From the NCBI GenBank assembly GCA_964509455.1, contig CAZDXS010000245.1:9392-73391 (forward strand): 64,000 bases of DNA, written 5' to 3'. Every line of letters begins with the position of its first letter. Position 1 is the stretch's first letter. The position numbers were made by a program, and so were the translations under genes. Under the pieces are notes generated by a model, which ran no database searches, was not told where the DNA came from, and worked only from the letters and a program-made list of their open reading frames with translations. Below, piece after piece: positions 57,695 to 64,000 of the stretch. The DNA comes from an uncultured Enterobacteriaceae bacterium (GTDB taxonomy: Bacteria; Pseudomonadota; Gammaproteobacteria; Eutrophobiales; Eutrophobiaceae).

Positions 57695-58516
57695 TCAGGC
57701 GGACGGGTGCCAGCCCGCATCGGCCCACAGCTGGCCCGACACGATCGAGTTGGTGATCATGAAGCAAATCGCGTCTGCTATTTCCTCCGGCCGGATCAAC
57801 CGGCTGAGCTGGGTGTCCGGCAGTATGTGCTGTTCGATATAGTCGTCCCCCAGGGCCCGCACCATGGGAGTGTCGGTGAACCCGGGATGGATGACGCTGC
57901 AACGAATGCCGTGAAAAATCGCCTCCTTGGACAGGGTGGATGCGGCGCCTTCCAGTCCCGCCTTGGTGGAAGCGTAGGACACTTGACCCTTCACCCCCTG
58001 GGACGACACGGAGCCAATGAAGATGACGGCGCCTTGCACCTCTTCTTCCGGACTCCACTTTTTCAGGCCGCGCCCGGCCCGGTCTTCTGCGGTGCGGGCA
58101 ATCATTTCCATCGCCCAATACACCGCGGCGGTCAGGTTGATGCGCACCACCAGTTCGAAGTCGTCCCGGGAATAGATGCGGGCTTTGCCCGTCTCGCCGT
58201 CTACTCGAACGGCCAGGGCGTCCCGGGTAATGCCCGCGGCGGGAATGCATATATTGACCAGCCCCTGGCGGGCGATTATGTCGTCATAGACGCGCGTGCG
58301 GAAGCTGTCGTCGGCGACGTCGCCCTGGTAAGGCACGGCGACTTGCCGATCCACCTCGCTGTTGACCTGCCCGGCGGCAATATCCACCTGCTCCGACTGG
58401 TCCACCAGGGCAATGCCCCGGGCGCCGCGGCGCGCCAATTCGATGGATACGGCGCGGCCGATGCCGCTGGCCCCGCCCGTAACAACCGCTATTTTATCTT
58501 GTATGTGCATGTACAT
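57695..58516 (-). CDS. SDR-family oxidoreductase
   Basis: It has the KIAVVTGGASGIGRA Rossmann motif and a YASTKAGL catalytic motif. Confidence 0.85.
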   Translation of the reverse strand: MYMHIQDKIAVVTGGASGIGRAVSIELARRGARGIALVDQSEQVDIAAGQVNSEVDRQVAVPYQGDVADDSFRTRVYDDIIARQGLVNICIPAAGITRDALAVRVDGETGKARIYSRDDFELVVRINLTAAVYWAMEMIARTAEDRAGRGLKKWSPEEEVQGAVIFIGSVSSQGVKGQVSYASTKAGLEGAASTLSKEAIFHGIRCSVIHPGFTDTPMVRALGDDYIEQHILPDTQLSRLIRPEEIADAICFMITNSIVSGQLWADAGWHPSA

Positions 58517-58576
58517 TAATATCTCCTGCGTAACGCAATCCGGCTACTAATAAAAATGCCATCATAGCGGATTTTA

Positions 58577-59310
58577 TGCGGCGCAACAACAACTTTTTGC
58601 GGCGCATAAGCGAGTTGTCTGAAGACGGCGGGGAAACGACCCGCCGCGCCACCGGGGGAGTGCGGCGCAGAGGGCGCGGCGCACAGTGCGGGAAAGCGGC
58701 GCACGCCACGGGACAGAGGCGGCGCGGGAGTGCGGCGCGGCGGGAAGCGCGGCGCAAGGGGCGCGAGGCGGCATAACGCAAGGACACAGCAGAGCGCGGA
58801 GCGCACGGGACGCAGGCCGCGGCGCGGCGGGAAGCGCGGCGCATAAACGGGTTGCCTTATGACGGCGAGGAGGCGCCCAGTCGCGGCGCGGAGGCGCGAC
58901 GCAGGCCGCAGCGCGGCGCGGGAAGTGCGGAGCATACCATGGGGCGCGGGTGGAACATGCGCTACGCGGCGCTGGGAGCGGCGCAAGATGCGCGGAGAGC
59001 GCGAAGCGCACGGGACGCAGACCTCGGTGCGGCAGGGAAACGACCAGCCGCGGCACCGGGGGAGTGCGGCGCAGAGGCCGCGGCGCACAGTGCGGGAAGG
59101 CGGCGCACGCCACGGGACAGAGGCGGCGCGGGAGTGCGGCGCAGCGGGGGAAACGCGGCGCAAGAGGCGCGAGGCGGCATAGCGCAAGGGCAAAGCAGAG
59201 CGCGGAGCGCACGGGACGTAGGCCGCGGCGCGGCGGGAGGCGCGGTGCATAAACGGGTTGCCTTATGACGGCGAGGAGGCGCCCAGTCACGGCGCGGAGG
59301 CGCGGCGCAA
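58577..59310. repeat. complex GC-rich repeat region (~270-bp segment repeated at ~405-bp offset, plus shorter internal repeats)
   Basis: gcggcgcataaacgggttgccttatgacggcgaggaggcgcccagtc occurs at 58838 and 59243. ggaaacgacc...ccgggggagtgcggcgcagagg occurs at ~58630 and ~59036. Confidence 0.8.
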
Positions 59311-59316
59311 GCGGCG

Positions 59317-60321
59317 CTACTCGGCAAACTGGGGGATGATGCGCTCTGCGTACCCGGCAATAATCTCCTCCTCGTTGCCGTTGTCCAGGTAAATATTGAA
59401 CTGCGTCACACCCGCGTCACGCAACCGGCGCAACCGGGCGATGTGATCGGCGGGGTTGCCCAGCACGCAGAAGCCCTGGACAATGTCGTCGGTGATAAAA
59501 TCCAAAAACGGGTTGTCGGCGGCGCCGTGTTTCTTGTAGTCGTAACCGCGCCGCTTTGCGATGTACGCGGTCAGACTCCGGGGCGCCTTGTCCGTGTCCG
59601 CGCCGTATTTTTCCACGATGTCGGCAACATGGTTCCCCACCATGGCGGGAAACCACCGGACGGCCGCGATGCACTCGTCCATTGAGCCGAAATACGCCGG
59701 CGCCGCCGCCATTACCCGAAACGCCGCCGGGTCCCGCCCGGCGTCCCGGACCGCCGCATGGCACTGCTGGACGAACCAGCGCACCAGGGCCGGCTCGGCA
59801 ATCTGCAGTACCACCCCGTCGCCGCATTCACCCGCCACGGCCAGCGCTCGCGGCCCATAGGCGGCGATCCACACGGGCAACTCGTATCCCTCAGCCCAGC
59901 TGAATTGCACCGGCGCCGGGCAATCCGGGTACGTCGCTTCCTCGCCGCGCACCAGGGCTTTGACCGTGCGGGCAAACTCGGCAACGCGCGCCAGGGTCGC
60001 CGGTTTCCTGCCCATCACCCGCATGGAGCTGTCGCCCCTGCCCAGCCCCAGATCGAAGCGCCCGCCGCTTTGCCGGGCCAGGCTCGCAAACATGCTTGCC
60101 GCCACGGACCAGTCGCGCACGTTCGGGTTGGTAACGCAGGGGCCAAAACGCATGGTCGTCGTGTGCTCCATGCCCAGGGCGATGGCGGCGTAGCAGTCGC
60201 GCCAGAGGATGTGCGAGTCGTAGAACCAGCAGTAGGCGAACCCGCCGGTCTCCGCCTGGCGCACCAGGCGGCGCAACCGGCCGGGACTGACAACGCCCTT
60301 GAAGCAGACGCCGAACTCCAT
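59317..60321 (-). CDS. LLM-class (luciferase-like) flavin/F420-dependent oxidoreductase
   Basis: MEFGVCFKG...GGFAYCWFYDSHILWRD...FDLGLGRGDS matches the luciferase-like monooxygenase fold. The track start is GTG 60330. Confidence 0.82.
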   Translation of the reverse strand: MEFGVCFKGVVSPGRLRRLVRQAETGGFAYCWFYDSHILWRDCYAAIALGMEHTTTMRFGPCVTNPNVRDWSVAASMFASLARQSGGRFDLGLGRGDSSMRVMGRKPATLARVAEFARTVKALVRGEEATYPDCPAPVQFSWAEGYELPVWIAAYGPRALAVAGECGDGVVLQIAEPALVRWFVQQCHAAVRDAGRDPAAFRVMAAAPAYFGSMDECIAAVRWFPAMVGNHVADIVEKYGADTDKAPRSLTAYIAKRRGYDYKKHGAADNPFLDFITDDIVQGFCVLGNPADHIARLRRLRDAGVTQFNIYLDNGNEEEIIAGYAERIIPQFAE

Positions 60322-60746
60322 CCGGCTCACCCTCCCGGGGCGGCGCCCGGCGGCTCAACCGGCGCCGAACCTCCGGGTGAAACGAACGCCGAACTCACTG
60401 CGATCATTGTTGCGAATGGTACGCGCGAAAGGATTGCCAAAGGCGCCCGAGGCATCATCATACACCTTGTTGAACACATGCCCACCGCAACCAGCAACGC
60501 TCCAGGCGGCGCAACCGGCCGGGGCCAACAACGCCCTTGAAGCAGACGCCGAACTCCATCCGGCTCACCCTCCCGGGGCGGCGCCCGGCGGCTCAGCCGG
60601 CGCCGAACCTCCGGGTGAAACGAATGCCGAACTCACTGCGATCATTGTTGCGAATGGTAAGCGCGAAAGGGTTGCCAAAGGCGCCCGAGGCAGTATCATA
60701 CACCTTGTTGAACACATTCTCACCATAGACGGCAACGCTCCAGGCG
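60271..60746. repeat. 238-bp tandem duplication (2 units) of the TonB-receptor-stop/LLM-start boundary
   Basis: CCAGGCG occurs at 60264, 60502 and 60740. The pseudo-stop at 60355 corresponds to the real stop at 60593, and the real ATG at 60321 to the pseudo-ATG at 60559. Confidence 0.93.
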
Positions 60747-62812
60747 CCGTTGTCGGGCTGGTAGCGCACGTTGAAACCCAACAAGTCGCGGGCGGCAATC
60801 CGGTTCAACGGGTTGTTGTCCGCCTCGCCGTACAGCGCGCTCCGGTAATGGTAGTTGAGACTGCAAGCAACGATGCCGCCGCCCAACGGCAACCTCAGCT
60901 CGGGCGCAACGGACACAGTCCATTTCGGCGCCAGCTGCGGCACGGCCCCTTCCCTGGTTCCTGCAACGCCCGGCCCCACCTTGGTGAACTCGGCGTCCAG
61001 GTAGCCCACGGCAAACTGTACGCTGAAATAATCCGCCAGGCGCCACAGGCCTTCCAGCTCCGCGCCCCGGGCGCGGGAGGCGCCGGCGTTTTCAGTGATG
61101 GTGAGAAACCCTGCGCCGGCGCGGGCGTTGAAGCGGTTCGTCTGCAGTTGCAGATCGGTGTACTCGGTCCAGAACAGGGCCGCCGCCAGCCGCCACTGGT
61201 CAAGAAACACGCCCTTGACGCCCGCTTCGTAGTTCATGGCAAACTGCGGGTCGAAAGCCGTGAACGCATCGGCGCCGCCAAAAGGCCGCGCCGGAAACCC
61301 ACCGCTTTGGTAGCCGCGAGACGCCGCCAGGTAGGCGTTCACCTCCTCGGTGAGAGCATACGTCGCAGACAGCTCCCAGGTCGCCTCCGTCCAATCCGCC
61401 TGCCGCGGCACGGGAACGGCCGGCGGGGCCGTCGCCGCCGCGCCGGCGGCGTCTTTCTCATCCCGGGTGATGCGCGCGCCGCCGCCCAGGGACAGGGCGT
61501 CGGTGACGGCATAATCGACGGAGGCGAACAGTGCCATGCTGTCCGTCTCCTGGGAGATGTTGAGCTCTCCTGCGACGCCGCCCAGGGTCTTGAACGGCGC
61601 GGATACGGTGCGCCCGGATTCGGCGAAATAATACGCCCCCGCGACAAAATCCCAGGCGCCGAACCCGCCGGCCAGCTGCAACTCGGCGGAGAACTGCTCG
61701 GCTTCGCCCCATTCCGGAAAAACCACGCTGCCGGCACTGTCCTGCTGGTCCAGGCCGCCGCGGTATTCGCTGAAACGATAACTGCCGATGGCTTTCAAGG
61801 AAAGATCCTCCCCCAAGCGGTGCGTTGCCGTGGCGGAGAAACCGTAGGCGCGGCTGGTCTGCCTGGCCACGTGCTCGTGGGGGGATGCGTTGTCGTCCGG
61901 ATCAGCGGCAAACAGCCGCCCCGGCAGGTCGTTGGGGAACTTCCCCGGCGCGGCGTTGAAGTGCGTGGGCGACTGGCCGTGGGCGGCGTCCGCCAGGTCC
62001 GCGGCCAGCAACAGGGAAAAATCCGCGGACGGGGCAAAGTCAAACATGATCCGGCCGCCGGCCTCCCGCACCTGCCCCACCTCGACTTCCGTGTGCGGCT
62101 GGTTAATGAACTCGCCGACGCCGTTGCGCCGGTTGTAGAACCCGGCAACGGACGCCGCCAGGGTTTCGGACAGGGGCGCCGCGCCGTAAAAATCAAATCT
62201 CCCGCGGCCGCGGGAGCCGCCTTGCAGGGTCAGCGTCGCCGCGGGGGCGGCGCCCGGCTTCTTCGTGATGACGTTGATTGCGCCGCCTATGGCGTTGCGC
62301 CCGTACAAGACGCCTTGGGGGCCGCGCGCCGCTTCCACCCGCTCGATGTTGGCAAGCCCCAGGTTGGCGCCGACCTGGCGCCCCAGGTAAACGCCGTCAA
62401 GGTAGAGGGCGACTGCCGAATCCACCGTGATGATGTGGTCTTGCACGCCCACGCCGCGCATGAACACGCTGACGTGGTTCTGGTTGCCGTTGCCGTAGTT
62501 GCCGATGAACAGGTTGGGCGCATGGTTGCCGACGGCGAACAGGTCGTCCGCGTTGCGGCGGGCAAGGTCCGCGGCGGTCAAGGCCGTCACGGCAACGGGA
62601 ACGTCCGCCAGGCGCTCTTCCCGCTTGCGCGCGGTCACGACCATTTCTTCCACGGCGGCGGCCGCGGCAACCACCGGGGCGGCGCTGCCGCCCGCGCCGG
62701 CGGCGCACAACGCCAGGACCAGGGGCGCCGCGGCGGCGCCTGCCAGGCGCTCCCGGCGCGGCGCCGGCCGGGTCCGGGCCGGGGGGCGAGCTTTCTCCCG
62801 TTTCAAGAACAT
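60593..62812 (-). CDS. TonB-dependent outer-membrane receptor
   Basis: 739 aa. It has a signal peptide, a plug (EEMVVTARKREERLADVPVAVTALTA...IERVEAARGPQGVLYGRNAIGGAINVITKKP) and a beta-barrel. Confidence 0.9.
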   Translation of the reverse strand: MFLKREKARPPARTRPAPRRERLAGAAAAPLVLALCAAGAGGSAAPVVAAAAAVEEMVVTARKREERLADVPVAVTALTAADLARRNADDLFAVGNHAPNLFIGNYGNGNQNHVSVFMRGVGVQDHIITVDSAVALYLDGVYLGRQVGANLGLANIERVEAARGPQGVLYGRNAIGGAINVITKKPGAAPAATLTLQGGSRGRGRFDFYGAAPLSETLAASVAGFYNRRNGVGEFINQPHTEVEVGQVREAGGRIMFDFAPSADFSLLLAADLADAAHGQSPTHFNAAPGKFPNDLPGRLFAADPDDNASPHEHVARQTSRAYGFSATATHRLGEDLSLKAIGSYRFSEYRGGLDQQDSAGSVVFPEWGEAEQFSAELQLAGGFGAWDFVAGAYYFAESGRTVSAPFKTLGGVAGELNISQETDSMALFASVDYAVTDALSLGGGARITRDEKDAAGAAATAPPAVPVPRQADWTEATWELSATYALTEEVNAYLAASRGYQSGGFPARPFGGADAFTAFDPQFAMNYEAGVKGVFLDQWRLAAALFWTEYTDLQLQTNRFNARAGAGFLTITENAGASRARGAELEGLWRLADYFSVQFAVGYLDAEFTKVGPGVAGTREGAVPQLAPKWTVSVAPELRLPLGGGIVACSLNYHYRSALYGEADNNPLNRIAARDLLGFNVRYQPDNGAWSVAVYGENVFNKVYDTASGAFGNPFALTIRNNDRSEFGIRFTRRFGAG

Positions 62813-62917
62813 TGCGTTATACTACACCGTTGATGCCGGGCGGGCGCGGCGCCCCGCCGGCGAAGCCGTGGACAACATTCAGGCCCGGCCCCCTGCCGCC
62901 GGGCGTTCAGAGCAATC

Positions 62918-64000
62918 ATGACAACAATCAGACAGCGCGACCTGATAGACAGCGTGGCCGACGCCCTGCAATTCATCTCCTATTACCATCCCCGGGACTT
63001 CATCGAGGCGGTGCATGCCGCCTACCAGCGGGAAGAATCCCCCGCGGCCCGGGACGCGCTGGCGCAGATACTGGTCAATTCCCGCATGTGCGCCCAGGGG
63101 CGGCGGCCCTTGTGCCAGGACACGGGCATTGTAACGGTATTTATGAAAATCGGCATGGACGCGCGCTGGGACGCCGCCGACCTGAGCATAGCGGAGATGG
63201 TTGACGAGGGCGTGCGGCGCGCCTACACCCATCCGGACAACGTGTTGCGCGCTTCCATCATGTCCGACCCGGCCGGCGAGCGCCGCAACACCGGCGACAA
63301 CACGCCGGCGGTCACCCACGTGGAGATGGTGCCGGGCGACCGGGTGGAGGCGCACCTGGCGGCGAAGGGCGGCGGCTCGGAGAACAAGGCCAGGATGGCG
63401 ATGCTGAACCCCGCCGACGACATTGCCGACTGGGTCGTTGACGTGCTGCCGACCCTGGGGGCCGGCTGGTGCCCGCCCGGCATCCTGGGTCTGGGCATAG
63501 GCGGCACGGCGGAAAAAGCGGTGTTGCTGGCCAAGGAGTCCCTGCTGGCGCCCATAGACATACAGGCGTTGCAGCAACGCGGCCCCGGCTCGCGGCTGGA
63601 GGAGTTGCGCCTGGAAATTTTTCAGCGGGTTAACGACCTGGGCATAGGCGCCCAGGGACTGGGGGGACTGACCACGGCGCTGGACGTGAAAATCCTCGAT
63701 TATCCCACCCACGCCGCCTCCCTGCCCGTGGCGCTGATTCCCAACTGCGCGGCCACCCGCCACGCGCATTTTGTGCTGGACGGCAACGGGCCGGCCCGGC
63801 AAACGCCGCCCAGCCTGGACGACTGGCCCGACGTGGAGTGGGCGGCGGGGCCCGACGCCCGCCGCGTCGACCTGGACGCCGTTGACCGCGACCAAGTCGC
63901 CGCTTGGCGCCCCGGCGAGACCCTGCTTCTGAGCGGCAAGTTGCTGACCGGCCGGGACGCGGCCCACAAGCGCATCACCGACCTGCTGGCCCAGGGGAAA
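62918..64000 (+). CDS. class I fumarate hydratase (Fe-S type), N-terminal 361 codons; runs off right edge
   Basis: The frame is open from ATG 62918 to the window end. MTTIRQRDLIDSVADALQFISYYHP...RPLCQDTGIVTVFMKIGMD...AKGGGSENKA...LLSGKLLTGRDAAHKR matches FumA/TtdAB-type hydro-lyases. Confidence 0.9.
   Translation, partial: MTTIRQRDLIDSVADALQFISYYHPRDFIEAVHAAYQREESPAARDALAQILVNSRMCAQGRRPLCQDTGIVTVFMKIGMDARWDAADLSIAEMVDEGVRRAYTHPDNVLRASIMSDPAGERRNTGDNTPAVTHVEMVPGDRVEAHLAAKGGGSENKARMAMLNPADDIADWVVDVLPTLGAGWCPPGILGLGIGGTAEKAVLLAKESLLAPIDIQALQQRGPGSRLEELRLEIFQRVNDLGIGAQGLGGLTTALDVKILDYPTHAASLPVALIPNCAATRHAHFVLDGNGPARQTPPSLDDWPDVEWAAGPDARRVDLDAVDRDQVAAWRPGETLLLSGKLLTGRDAAHKRITDLLAQGK

Overview
High-GC (roughly two-thirds G+C by eye) gammaproteobacterial-type chromosomal core. 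Nearly all genes lie on the minus strand in conserved housekeeping blocks: ilvE; tatABC; hisEIFA; polA with a DUF2782 gene; mgtE; ptsP-ptsO-ptsN-hpf-rpoN-lptBAC and kdsCD; queCE-cpoB-pal-tolBARQ-ruvB; ruvAC-yebC-nadA-aspS; tRNA-Lys; a hopanoid hpnH/glycosyltransferase block with MlaC/MlaA-like genes; a TonB-dependent receptor; and a partial class I fumarase. Three things stand out. (1) A 7-kb accessory insertion splits the normally contiguous kdsC-lptC junction. It carries two tandem, diverged paralogs of a ~1120-aa N6-adenine methyltransferase-like protein with a type ISP-like C-terminal specificity region and an N-terminal PD-ExK-like motif whose Lys is replaced by Cys. There is no helicase, no separate nuclease and no mobility gene. 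(2) A 1.26-kaa secreted-type protein built from about 41 D-x-D-x-D-G calcium-loop/YD-like repeats sits between ruvA and ruvB. (3) At least ten gene boundaries carry diverged tandem duplications of the boundary itself. Several have visible microhomology at the duplication joints. At ruvC/ruvA and pal/cpoB the extra copies keep short chimeric ORFs and the ATGA/TGATG stop-start overlaps intact. No CRISPR array, transposase, integrase or rRNA was seen. All family assignments come from reading the translations and need HMM or BLAST confirmation.
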